From Candidatus Cryptobacteroides sp. (GTDB lineage Bacteria; Bacteroidota; Bacteroidia; Bacteroidales; UBA932): 64,000 nt of DNA. Shown here piece after piece: positions 52,717-62,267 of this stretch. The notes below the pieces were generated by a model. The model ran no database searches. It was given only the letters and a program-made list of their open reading frames with translations, and was not told where the DNA came from. The stretch's first letter is position 1. Every line of letters begins with the position of its first letter. Where the stretch lies: contig JBJEBK010000061.1 of the NCBI GenBank assembly GCA_051869975.1, forward strand, positions 36,461 through 100,460. The letters run 5' to 3'. The translations under genes and the position numbers were made by a program.

Positions 52717-54240
52717 TCAAAAATCCAATCCTATTGATAATGAAGCATTTGTGCGGGTCATTCCGGATAGTGCCACAGCGGGCTTCAAACCGAGCGCCGC
52801 GTAGGCATCCACGCCGAGGAACCATCCTTTCCCTCCTGGATACCACCTCGCCTTCAGTCCGGCAAAAGCCTTGGGCATACTGATAAATTCGCAGACCGTC
52901 GCAAAGCCTTCGGCGTAGCGGTAAGGCTCTCCTTCCACCTGCACCTCATCCGCCATATCTTCCTGCCCGCTAAGGCTTCCTGCCGAGTATCCGGCATACA
53001 GTTCCACCTCGAACAGGCGGCTGTGGTAACGCCCGCCGAGCTGAGCCTCCAGCATATCCGTATCCTGCCGCATAAGGTAAGGATACATAAGCGAAGATAG
53101 CGAGCGCTCCCGTGAGCAGAACAAAGACGCCCTCAGCGTGAAAGGACCGTGGTCATACCGGTAGGACGGTGCCAACTCCAGGCGCTGCCTCTCCAGAATC
53201 CGGTTCGAGCCGTAAGAAGTGACTATGGTTACCCCTCCTTCGCTTTTCTTGTCCAGCACCGCTTCGTTGTTGGTCTGTGCCCACAGGCTGACGCAAAGCC
53301 TTAAAGTATGGTCACCCAACCTGCCGCCAAGATGCAGAGTCATCTGGTCGGAAGGGAAGCGGTACCATATATATTCTTTTTCTCCGGCCCTGCCCCGGGC
53401 GTGGCGGTACTGCAGGGAAGCGAAAGCCTTATCCTTCCATCCGGCCTCCAATGCTGCCCCCAGGCTGTTCTCTCTCATAGGAAGGCTGTTCACGCCCGCA
53501 TCCGCCAGATGCACTCCGCTGCCTGTCCACAGTTCCTGCACTCCGTACATCTGACCCTTGTCCAGGAAGGCATAGAGGTAGCCTTGCGACAAGCCGATCT
53601 GGTCGGCGCTTATGGTCTCGGCCGTCCTGCCCAGAAGGGCATCCATTTCGAGAGATAAGGCGCCGCAGTGCCACATAAGACCGGCAGCGCAATCCAGGTC
53701 CAGGCGGTAGTTGATATGGCGCAGGTCCTTGCGTTTGGAATAGTTGCGGGAGTTCATTGTGAACCGTCCACCGAACCTCCAGCTTTCGTCCAGATCCACA
53801 CTTATGCCTCCGTCCACAACATAGCTCTGAAGGGTCTTGCGCCCGGGGGTGAATTCCCAAACCTCGATAGGGAAGTAGCCCGGTTCTATGGACATAGGTC
53901 CGCACATATCGTCTCCCTGCCTCTGATTGAAGGCGAAGGCTCCTGTCATGGAGAAATGCTCCAGATGCCTGATTGCTCGTGTCATTGCGCCCGCCGACCA
54001 TAGTGACGGTGCTTCCCAAGCTTCTTTCAGGCCTCCCTGTTCCCAGCCTGCGCTCAGAGTGGCCTCGGCAGCATCCACTCTGTCCAGACGGATGCCGTTC
54101 ACGCCTACACCGTCATTCCACAGGTTGCCCAGCAGCACCCTCTCGTAGCGGGACTGCGCCTTGATTTCTCCTGCGAAGCACAGGAGAGCCACGACCATAC
54201 TAATCGTGCAGAGACTGTGTTTCGCGTTCATAGAAATCAT
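52717..54240 (-). CDS. outer-membrane beta-barrel protein (DUF6850-like)
   Basis: Signal peptide ..VVALLCFAGEIKA-Q, an alternating beta-strand pattern, and a terminal ...ASLSIGLDF (aromatic C-terminus). The start may be 54231. It overlaps the upstream gene. Confidence 0.65.
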   Translation of the reverse strand: MISMNAKHSLCTISMVVALLCFAGEIKAQSRYERVLLGNLWNDGVGVNGIRLDRVDAAEATLSAGWEQGGLKEAWEAPSLWSAGAMTRAIRHLEHFSMTGAFAFNQRQGDDMCGPMSIEPGYFPIEVWEFTPGRKTLQSYVVDGGISVDLDESWRFGGRFTMNSRNYSKRKDLRHINYRLDLDCAAGLMWHCGALSLEMDALLGRTAETISADQIGLSQGYLYAFLDKGQMYGVQELWTGSGVHLADAGVNSLPMRENSLGAALEAGWKDKAFASLQYRHARGRAGEKEYIWYRFPSDQMTLHLGGRLGDHTLRLCVSLWAQTNNEAVLDKKSEGGVTIVTSYGSNRILERQRLELAPSYRYDHGPFTLRASLFCSRERSLSSLMYPYLMRQDTDMLEAQLGGRYHSRLFEVELYAGYSAGSLSGQEDMADEVQVEGEPYRYAEGFATVCEFISMPKAFAGLKARWYPGGKGWFLGVDAYAALGLKPAVALSGMTRTNASLSIGLDF

Positions 54241-55396
54241 TGCTTGAATTGTTGGTATCCATAAGCACCTCGTAACCGGCCGCTTCGCTCAGGGCATCGT
54301 CCACCCGGCGCATAAGAGTGTGTCGCAGGAAGGAATTCTCCAGAGTCACGAAACCGGCATCCAGTTCCGGGGTGAGGCGTTTGGCATTGGCCGATGATGC
54401 TCCGGAAAATACTTCCACCGCGTCAATCACATCCTCATAAGGAACGGCGGTAACCTTGTCCACCGTGCTTCCGGGCACCTGACGCACATCCGGCTCGCCC
54501 CTCAGTTTGAACAGCAGGGCGGTAGGGGAGTTGATGGAGAAGGTATAGGCATTGGCAATGCCGGTTTTCACCACAACATCCAGATACCTTGCCGGGTCGA
54601 TTCTGTCACCCGGTACGGGATGGTAGGTGGTGTTGGTGAAATAGGTATTGTTGTAGCAGACGAAGTAGCCCTCCCTGTTGAGGTTCACCGACTGCGGGTA
54701 TCTCGCGCTGTGGTCTATGGCGCCCTTCAGTACAAGTACGGCATCATCTCCCGGCTGCAAAGGGAAGGAAGTGCCGTTACCGGGGAATCGCCAGACGCAC
54801 TGGGCCACAGGCGCAAACTCCGGATATATGATATTGCCGTCCCCGTCCCTTGTGACGAAAGGATTGGTGGCCATAGCATTGTATGGCAGCAGGGTGCCGA
54901 AGCACAGGCTGTCCAGATACTGCACCTCGAAATGGTTGTTGTGCAGGATGATGTACTGGTCATTCTGGTAGGTGCCTTCCTCCGGAGTCTTCATACAGCC
55001 TCCGCAATATATTTCCTTGATGACTATGGTCCCTGCCTTGGACCTTGTAAGCTGTATGCTCAGGCTCGAATATGCCTCGCTGACTATGACCTTGTCGGCA
55101 GTGCCGTTGAACACATCCCCGTCCCGGTGCTCAGAAACGCTCAGCCTGTAAACTCCGCGGCAAAGTTTCATAACCGCCGTGCCGCGCAAGCCGGTCTGAG
55201 AGCTGTAGCTGTGCCCCAGATTGATATCTTCAGCCTTGACCGCAATGCCCGCACCGGACCCGTCAGCAAACCCTTCCGGCCAGACTACGCTTACCTCTAC
55301 AGTGCACAGCGAATCCGCATAGGGGTTCTGCTCAGTGGAAAGACATCCGCAGAGCATCAGGGCCGCAAAGACCAGATATGGAAGCATTCTTTTCAT
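54200..55396 (-). CDS. lipoprotein (DUF4876-like)
   Basis: Lipobox ALMLCGC. An N-terminal Ig/CarboxypepD_reg-like module (CTVEVSVVWPEGF..GVYRLSV) followed by a domain of about 250 aa. Its start abuts the receptor stop codon. Confidence 0.65.
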   Translation of the reverse strand: MKRMLPYLVFAALMLCGCLSTEQNPYADSLCTVEVSVVWPEGFADGSGAGIAVKAEDINLGHSYSSQTGLRGTAVMKLCRGVYRLSVSEHRDGDVFNGTADKVIVSEAYSSLSIQLTRSKAGTIVIKEIYCGGCMKTPEEGTYQNDQYIILHNNHFEVQYLDSLCFGTLLPYNAMATNPFVTRDGDGNIIYPEFAPVAQCVWRFPGNGTSFPLQPGDDAVLVLKGAIDHSARYPQSVNLNREGYFVCYNNTYFTNTTYHPVPGDRIDPARYLDVVVKTGIANAYTFSINSPTALLFKLRGEPDVRQVPGSTVDKVTAVPYEDVIDAVEVFSGASSANAKRLTPELDAGFVTLENSFLRHTLMRRVDDALSEAAGYEVLMDTNNSSNDFYERETQSLHD

Positions 55397-58195
55397 CTAA
55401 AGTTTCAATCTGCAACTGAGTCCATAATAAAAGGCAGGAGTGAAGATGGCTCCCACTCCCGTAGCCCACGATGTCACATAAGGCCTCGAATTGGTAAAGT
55501 TGTTTGCAAAGAAGGAGATGCTGACCTTGTCCCCGACTTCTTTGGTTATGCTGAGGTTGGCGCTGGCGTAAGGTCCGTAGCCGTCCTGGTCGAAAGTATA
55601 GACATTGCCCGATTTGAGAATCAGGTTGCTGAAAGCAGAGTCCGCAGCTTCAGCCCCGGTAAATGGATGCACATTCCCGTCCAGGTCCATATAGGACACG
55701 GGATAGACATACCAATAGCCGTCCTCGCCCCTTTGGGCATAAGGCTGGCCGTCGGCAATGGATATGTTGCGGCTCATTCTCAGCAGTGAAGTTTCCAGCC
55801 TGAGGGTAATGATGAGCCTTGCCTCGGGGATATGGGTAATCGCAGTCAGGTTGGCGTCCAGATTATGTGTGATTTTTCCGTTAACCACAGGTGTGGAGCT
55901 GCCGCCGTTGGCATATAGCCCTGCATATTGGTAGGACCTGTCAGGCTCTGAAGTGTGGGACCAGCCGGTCTGGTAGTACCAGCAGAGACGGTCATCGTGG
56001 GTGCTTGTGCCGCACCAGGAGGCATCAAGCCTGAATTTGGTGCGTATAGGCTTTATTTCCGGGAAGTCTGCCGTAAGCTCGATGCCTGCCCTTCGCACCG
56101 GCTTGCCGTTTTCCTGCCTTGTGGTTTTTACGAAGGTCCTGTCGATAACCTTGGTGTCCATAAGTGTCCAGCCTTCATCTTCGCTCCCCCTGACATAGAC
56201 CTCTCCGGTCTGGTTGTCAACGCGTATGTCGGTGAGTGCGCCTGTGGTGAACCCGGAAGGGCGTTCGCTGAGTCTGTATGAGAACGGAGTGTAGCCGGCT
56301 CCGAGAGTATATGGGTTTTCGGTGATGTTGACAAAGCCGACCAGCGAAACGGAGGTCTTTCCCAAATTGAAGTCCATACCGAGTTCGGAATTGCTGCTGC
56401 GCTGCCATCTGAGCTCCGGATTGTACTCCAGCCGGTATGGAATGGTATAGAACACATACTCGGAACTGCCTTCGTATGAATATCCGAAGGTCTGGATATC
56501 CCTGTACTCCTGCACAGGGTAAAGTATGTAGAAGGAAGGGAGCTTCTCGGAGATGCCCCATCCTCCCCTTATCGAGAACTTGTCGGAGAGTTCGAGCTTG
56601 GCATTGAAGCGCGGGGAAAGGCTGCTGACATTGTTGTAGGAAGAGCCTTTCACCACGACATTTTCCTCCCTCAGACCAAGTGAAACATTCAACTTGGATT
56701 TTCCAATCCGGAAGGCAGCCTCCTCCTCGGCATAGAAGGAGAAGTTGTGCATAAACGGATACTCGCTGTAGGGTCTTGGCCTGTAGCCGTGATCCGCGAG
56801 TTCCGAGTCTAGGTAATACTCTCCCTGCCCGGTGTTGCCGTTTGCCTTCCATTGGAAGCCCGCCTTGAACTTGCTCTTGACAGGCCCGAAATTGCGGTTG
56901 AGGCTGTATTTGAGCGAGGCTGCAAAGTCCAACTCCTTGGAATCCGTGATTTTGTCTGAATAGTATAGAACAGGTCGCTTGAGAGCTATGTTGTAGCCCT
57001 GCTGTTCATAGTGTACTGCAGGCTGGTTGGAAGGGAAGGAATTGTATTTGTGAATCTGCTCCCTCCCGTCTTCGAAAGAAAGCGAGGCTTCGGCTTTGAG
57101 GGATGTTATCCAGGGCTTGCTGAGCATCCACGAAAGGGATGCATTTGCCCGCAATGCATTTGCCCTTGATTTCGTGTATGCTCCGGTAAAGACATCCGGG
57201 TCGTCCTCCGTATTCATACCGCCAATATTGGCGGAGAGTCCGCTCTCGAAGCGCAGATGCTGAGCGAAATTGTTGCTGTAGGTCATCGAGAGCCCTCGTC
57301 TGGTGTAGGATTCGTACGGACTGTACAGCTTTTTGGTTGCCCGGGCCCATTCGCCGGAGACATTCAGCACACCCTCGTCTCCCAGACCTATTCCCTTGGA
57401 AACGGAAGTCTGCCAGGTCCTCGGATTGACGGAGAATGAGATGTTGAGCGGAGTCTTGCCGTGGCGGGTATGAATCCGCACCATTCCGCTTCCGAGGTCT
57501 CCGTATTCGGCGCTCGGCACACCCGTGATTACTTCCACGGACTCGACATTGTCCACGCTTATGTTTCGCGTATCCACTCCGCCCATAGCGCCGAAACTGG
57601 CGTTGCCTCCAAGACGCACTCCGTCCACCTCCACGGCAGTGCTGAAAGCGGCATTGCCTGCAGAAGAGCCTCCCTGACGCAGGGAGAAGCTGGAAGCGGT
57701 GGTAAGGTCCGGATTGATGGTTTTGCCGCCAGGAAGCAGGGCTGAAACATCCGAAAGGGATGACATCTGCAGATGGTTGAGCGCATCGCGCCCGAGGGTG
57801 GTGGTAGTGTTGAGACCGGTCTTTACCCTTTCGGCTGTTACCGTGACTTCGTCAATTGCAAGGGAACTGACCTTTAGGCTGAAATCCAATGTGAGGTCCT
57901 TGTCGCCAAGTTCTATCTCCAGATTCAGGGCAACATACCCGAGACACTCGACGCTGAGGGTGTAGTGTCCTGGAGCAAGGGAGGGAAATGTGTAGTTGCC
58001 TTCCAAGTCGCTCATAGCCCACAGGGCCCCGTCGTCGATTTTGAGCGCTGCACCCGGAACGGGAGCTGAACTTCCTTCTTCGACCACTTTGCCTTTTATG
58101 TCAAATCCCGCAGCCATGGCCGATACCGGAATACCCGACATCAACAAGGCGGCAAAGGCGCCCGCAAGGAAATTTTTCAGCCGTCCGGCTTTCAT
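55397..58195 (-). CDS. TonB-dependent receptor with CarboxypepD_reg N-terminal domain (no adjacent SusD)
   Basis: Signal peptide, then GKVVEEGSSAPVPGAALKI..GHYTLSVECLGY. Plug: EVTVTAERVKTG..VESVEVITGVPSAEYGD. Barrel of about 700 aa. Confidence 0.85.
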   Translation of the reverse strand: MKAGRLKNFLAGAFAALLMSGIPVSAMAAGFDIKGKVVEEGSSAPVPGAALKIDDGALWAMSDLEGNYTFPSLAPGHYTLSVECLGYVALNLEIELGDKDLTLDFSLKVSSLAIDEVTVTAERVKTGLNTTTTLGRDALNHLQMSSLSDVSALLPGGKTINPDLTTASSFSLRQGGSSAGNAAFSTAVEVDGVRLGGNASFGAMGGVDTRNISVDNVESVEVITGVPSAEYGDLGSGMVRIHTRHGKTPLNISFSVNPRTWQTSVSKGIGLGDEGVLNVSGEWARATKKLYSPYESYTRRGLSMTYSNNFAQHLRFESGLSANIGGMNTEDDPDVFTGAYTKSRANALRANASLSWMLSKPWITSLKAEASLSFEDGREQIHKYNSFPSNQPAVHYEQQGYNIALKRPVLYYSDKITDSKELDFAASLKYSLNRNFGPVKSKFKAGFQWKANGNTGQGEYYLDSELADHGYRPRPYSEYPFMHNFSFYAEEEAAFRIGKSKLNVSLGLREENVVVKGSSYNNVSSLSPRFNAKLELSDKFSIRGGWGISEKLPSFYILYPVQEYRDIQTFGYSYEGSSEYVFYTIPYRLEYNPELRWQRSSNSELGMDFNLGKTSVSLVGFVNITENPYTLGAGYTPFSYRLSERPSGFTTGALTDIRVDNQTGEVYVRGSEDEGWTLMDTKVIDRTFVKTTRQENGKPVRRAGIELTADFPEIKPIRTKFRLDASWCGTSTHDDRLCWYYQTGWSHTSEPDRSYQYAGLYANGGSSTPVVNGKITHNLDANLTAITHIPEARLIITLRLETSLLRMSRNISIADGQPYAQRGEDGYWYVYPVSYMDLDGNVHPFTGAEAADSAFSNLILKSGNVYTFDQDGYGPYASANLSITKEVGDKVSISFFANNFTNSRPYVTSWATGVGAIFTPAFYYGLSCRLKL

Positions 58196-58216
58196 ACACT
58201 ACAGATTTGTTCTATG

Positions 58217-58224
58217 CAAATATA
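58217..58224 (-). promoter_or_regulatory. -7 box (TATATTTG) for the receptor operon
   Basis: TAnnTTTG match on the minus strand, 22 nt upstream of the ATG at 58195. Confidence 0.45.
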
Positions 58225-58245
58225 TTATTTTATCAACAGAATCGC

Positions 58246-58253
58246 TAACTTTG
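58246..58253 (+). promoter_or_regulatory. -7 box (TAACTTTG) for the divergent 4Fe-4S membrane protein gene
   Basis: TAnnTTTG match, 21 nt upstream of the ATG at 58274. Confidence 0.45.
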
Positions 58254-58273
58254 AAGGATTAAATTTTATCCGG

Positions 58274-60268
58274 ATGGCAAAGATTAAAACCGTACGCAAA
58301 AACTGGCCCAAGTATGTACTGCAATGGGGCGTTCTCCTGGCAATAATACTTTTCATCACCCTCGCGGGAAGCGACCCTGAAAAGTATTGCCCTATGGGCG
58401 GAATTCAGGCTTTCGTTACTTTTCTGACTAGAGGCTCGCTGCCTTGCTCGATGAGCAGCCTGCAGATAATGATGGGCCTTGTGCTTGCTGCTGGCGTGAT
58501 TCTCTTCGGCAAGCTTTTCTGCGCCTACATCTGCCCGATAGGAACAGCCCAGGACCTGCTCACCAAAGCCAGAATGGCAATTGGTCTTAAGGGTGTGGAA
58601 ATCCGCCACAAGAGCGTGCCCGACTACATTCTGCGTGCAGTCAAGTATGTTCTTCTGTTCTGGATATTCTATTCTACTGCCACCGCCAGCGAGCTTTTCT
58701 GCAAGAATCTCGACCCTTATTACGCCGTTGCAACCGGCTTCAAGGGCGAAATAACTCTTTGGATGAGTCTGGTGAGCCTTGCCCTGGTGCTGATTCCCGG
58801 CTTTTTCATCAAAAGGTTCTGGTGCCGGTATATATGCCCTCTCGGAGCCCTTTCCAACAGTTTCAAGTTCTGGATTCCGCTGCTTGCGATGGGGCTGGTC
58901 TTCTGGGTGCTCTCGCTGTTGGGCGTAAAGATTGCCTGGCCTTGGTATCTTGGAGCATTCTGCGTGGTGGGCTATCTCTTTGAAGTTCTTGCCTATGCTG
59001 CAAAGGTTCAGCCGCTTGCAGTGATTGTGGACCAGGACAGGTGCGGGCGCCATTGTATGTCCTGCCAGAAGGCCTGCCCATACCATATTAACGTGCCTGC
59101 AGAAGGCGAAAGGCTTACCGCGGTCGACTGTATGCTCTGCGGCGAATGCGTTGCCGCCTGTCCTTCAGGCTCCCTTCACATAGGTGTCAGACCTCAGGGC
59201 AAATCCAAGGCCGGCAAGATACTTCCTGCCGTGCTGGCTGTGCTGCTTGCAGTGCTTGGCGCCGTAATAGGCAGCAATTTCGAACTTCCTACCATCAACG
59301 AGACCTTCGGCGTGGAGGAGGGTATGGAACTCAAGACTATGAAGGTGGAGGGTCTGAAGTCAGTGAAATGCTACGGCAGCTCTATGGCCTTCAAGGCAAG
59401 GATGGAGAAAGTTCCTGGTGTTCACGGGGTTAAGACCTATGTGGGTACTCACAGCGTCGTGCTGAGCTATGACCCTAAGGTTACCAGCGAGGAAAAGATA
59501 ATGACGCAGATTTTCGTTCCTGCCCATTTCCGCATCTGGTCTCCGGACCCTGCCAAACTCGACAGTCTCAAAAAGGTCACCATACGCACTGAGAAGATGT
59601 ACGACAAGATGGATCTCAACTACCTCGGTCTGCAGATGCGTAATACCGGAAAGAGCGTCTTCGGACTTGAGAGCGAATACGCCTGCCCTCTGATTGTTCA
59701 CGTCTATATGTCACCGGATGAGCAGCTGGACGAGGCCTGGTTCAAGGAAATAGTGGAGAAGAAGATGCTCAGTATGCCTGTTCACGGCGGAGGTACCAAA
59801 GACACTCCTGTGGACTTCAAGTTCGTCCGACTCGAAAAGGGTGAGACTATGGTCCCTATCGACGAGTATCTCCACTCTATGTTCGACGGCTTCAGTGCCG
59901 AGTTCAGCGGCAGGTATCCTCAGGGAGACAGCACCGTGGTGCGCAAGCGCTCCGAAGTCTATGCTTCCGCACCGCAGTATATCTACGAAATCCCTGACCA
60001 GAACTACGAAAAGCCTATCATCCGCAGGGGAATGCCGTTCCTGAGCAACCACCTCTCGAAGGAGGAAGGCGTTATAGGCGTATATCTCGAACTCAACGAC
60101 CGGCTGGTTCCGTCCATACGCATACGCTATGCGGCTCCAATGACGGCAGACAGGCTCTGGGAGCTTATGACTATGGATAAATGGACTATAACCTACAAGG
60201 CTGACGATGTGCGTGAAGAGGATGCAAGGATGAAGTTCAGCACTCCGGGAAATGTTTATAAATATTGA
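58274..60268 (+). CDS. NapH/polyferredoxin-like 4Fe-4S membrane protein fused to an HMA-like domain and an uncharacterised C-terminal domain
   Basis: Start at MAKIKTVRKNW. Membrane CPxG motifs YCPMGG, CAYICPIG and CRYICPLG. Two ferredoxin clusters, CGRHCMSCQKACP and CMLCGECVAACP. Then MKVEGLKSVKCYGSSMAFKARMEKVPGVHGV (an HMA-like fold without CxxC), then about 270 aa with no motif I recognise. Confidence 0.7.
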   Translation: MAKIKTVRKNWPKYVLQWGVLLAIILFITLAGSDPEKYCPMGGIQAFVTFLTRGSLPCSMSSLQIMMGLVLAAGVILFGKLFCAYICPIGTAQDLLTKARMAIGLKGVEIRHKSVPDYILRAVKYVLLFWIFYSTATASELFCKNLDPYYAVATGFKGEITLWMSLVSLALVLIPGFFIKRFWCRYICPLGALSNSFKFWIPLLAMGLVFWVLSLLGVKIAWPWYLGAFCVVGYLFEVLAYAAKVQPLAVIVDQDRCGRHCMSCQKACPYHINVPAEGERLTAVDCMLCGECVAACPSGSLHIGVRPQGKSKAGKILPAVLAVLLAVLGAVIGSNFELPTINETFGVEEGMELKTMKVEGLKSVKCYGSSMAFKARMEKVPGVHGVKTYVGTHSVVLSYDPKVTSEEKIMTQIFVPAHFRIWSPDPAKLDSLKKVTIRTEKMYDKMDLNYLGLQMRNTGKSVFGLESEYACPLIVHVYMSPDEQLDEAWFKEIVEKKMLSMPVHGGGTKDTPVDFKFVRLEKGETMVPIDEYLHSMFDGFSAEFSGRYPQGDSTVVRKRSEVYASAPQYIYEIPDQNYEKPIIRRGMPFLSNHLSKEEGVIGVYLELNDRLVPSIRIRYAAPMTADRLWELMTMDKWTITYKADDVREEDARMKFSTPGNVYKY

Positions 60269-60272
60269 GCCT

Positions 60273-62267
60273 ATGCGAAAGAAACTGACCCTTGCACTTT
60301 CGCTCCTGCTCTGTATGCCCGCCATTTTGCGGGCGGACGAGGGTATGTGGATGGTAAACTCGCTGTCCGACAGGCTCGTACGTCAGATGCATGAGGCCGG
60401 GCTCCAGCTGGAAGCGGGGGATATCTACAATGTGGACAGCACTTCCCTCAGCGGTGCGACAGTATCTATGAACTTCATAGGCACGGGAAGTATGATTTCC
60501 CCGGACGGCCTGCTGATTACCAATCACCACGTCGCCTATGCCGATGTGTTTTCGCTCAGTACGGCGGAGTACAACTGTCTTGAGGACGGTTTCTGGGCCC
60601 GATCCCGCGAAGAGGAAATCAGGATACCGGGCAAGACCGTCCAGTTTCTGTTGAGAATAACTGATGTTACTTACGAAGTTGAGGCTCTGAAGGTGGAACT
60701 GGGACAGCAGGGAATAAAAGCCGGTATGCGCAAGCTCAGCCATCTGGTCGAGAAGAAATACGAAGAGCAGACCGGCCTCAAGGCATCCCTGTCTTCGATG
60801 TGGGCCGGATCCAAATACTATCTCTCGCTTTACAAAGAATATGATGATGTGCGTCTGGTGGCTGCTCCTCCTGTCTGCATAGCCGCTTTCGGAGGAGATA
60901 TCGACAATTGGGAGTGGCCTCAGCACAAGGGGGACTTTGCTCTCTACAGGGTTTATGATTCCGAAGGTAAGCCTGTAACCCCGTCAGGCTGGCTTACAAT
61001 CAATGCTTCTCCTCTCGCGCCAGGGGATTTCACTTTCATTCTCGGCTATCCCGGAAGGACTGACCGCTATTCTTCATCCTCAAAGGTGCATTATCTCTCG
61101 ACATTGTCGCTTCCGATTTGCAATCAGGTGCGTGCGGACCAGATGGCAATCATCAAGAAATGGATGGACAGGGATGAGGCCGTGAGACTTCTGTATGCTG
61201 ACAAGTTTTTTACACTCAGCAACATACAGGAGAATCAGGAAGGCGAAGTGCAGTGCGTGGAGCGCTTCGGCGTGGAGGAGCACAAGATCAGGGAAGAAAA
61301 GCGTATGCACCGCGGCCGTATGGGACGCAGGATGCGCGAACTGGGGGCCTCCCTGGATTCCCTGTACGAGGCACTGAGGGAACCTGAACGCAACCGGATC
61401 TGGTATAGGGAAACTCTGGTTCGCGGCAGCGGACTCTGTCTTGTGGCCACCCGCCTCAAGAATTCCCGGAAGCCTCTGGATATGGATAAGGAGTATGCCG
61501 TGCTTGATATGCGGGTGGAAAAGGAACTCTTTGCCTACAATGTCCGGAAGTATTACGAAAATGTGGACAGCACTATGTGGGGCCCGTATCAGAAAGAGCT
61601 GTTTGCGGCTCACACCAACCGTGGATGCACTGCCTGGGATTCCCTTGTGGATAGTTTGTGGACTGACGGACATATGACCAAGGAATCCCCGATTTACCTT
61701 TTCCTTACCGACAGGTCCATTCAAGATTTCAACAAACCGGTGCAGCAGGTGTGCGGAGACCATAATGTGGCCGAACTCAATGCCGAATATACACGCGAGA
61801 CCTACCGTCACCGCGAGCGCAGCAAGGTGGAACAGTATCCGGATGCCAATTCCACAATGCGTCTGACCTACGGCAAGGTTGGAAGTTTTGAGCGGGACGG
61901 GCAGATTCTGCCTTGGCAGACTTATACGGACGGAATACTTGCAAAGGAAGACAATTCCACTTATGATTTCCACCTCCATCAGGGCTGGCACGAATTGCTG
62001 GCCTCGCTGCCTGAACCTGTACCTGTCAATTTCATCACTGACAACGACATTACCGGCGGCAACTCCGGCAGCCCTGTGCTCAACTGCCGGGGTGAATTGG
62101 TAGGACTTGCCTTTGACGGCAACAAGGAGTCTCTGGCTTCCGATGTGCAATGGGTTGATGGCTATACGAAGTGCATATGCGTGAATATACGCTATGTGCT
62201 GTGGATACTTAAAGAATATGCGGGAATGGATTATCTCTTCCCTGAACTTGACATTAGAAAATGGTAG
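60273..62267 (+). CDS. S46-family dipeptidyl-peptidase (DPP7/DPP11-like)
   Basis: Start at MRKKLTLALSLLL. The signal peptide is followed by the hallmark ADEGMWM. Motifs: NHHVAY, and GGNSGSPVLN (catalytic Ser). Confidence 0.85.
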   Translation: MRKKLTLALSLLLCMPAILRADEGMWMVNSLSDRLVRQMHEAGLQLEAGDIYNVDSTSLSGATVSMNFIGTGSMISPDGLLITNHHVAYADVFSLSTAEYNCLEDGFWARSREEEIRIPGKTVQFLLRITDVTYEVEALKVELGQQGIKAGMRKLSHLVEKKYEEQTGLKASLSSMWAGSKYYLSLYKEYDDVRLVAAPPVCIAAFGGDIDNWEWPQHKGDFALYRVYDSEGKPVTPSGWLTINASPLAPGDFTFILGYPGRTDRYSSSSKVHYLSTLSLPICNQVRADQMAIIKKWMDRDEAVRLLYADKFFTLSNIQENQEGEVQCVERFGVEEHKIREEKRMHRGRMGRRMRELGASLDSLYEALREPERNRIWYRETLVRGSGLCLVATRLKNSRKPLDMDKEYAVLDMRVEKELFAYNVRKYYENVDSTMWGPYQKELFAAHTNRGCTAWDSLVDSLWTDGHMTKESPIYLFLTDRSIQDFNKPVQQVCGDHNVAELNAEYTRETYRHRERSKVEQYPDANSTMRLTYGKVGSFERDGQILPWQTYTDGILAKEDNSTYDFHLHQGWHELLASLPEPVPVNFITDNDITGGNSGSPVLNCRGELVGLAFDGNKESLASDVQWVDGYTKCICVNIRYVLWILKEYAGMDYLFPELDIRKW

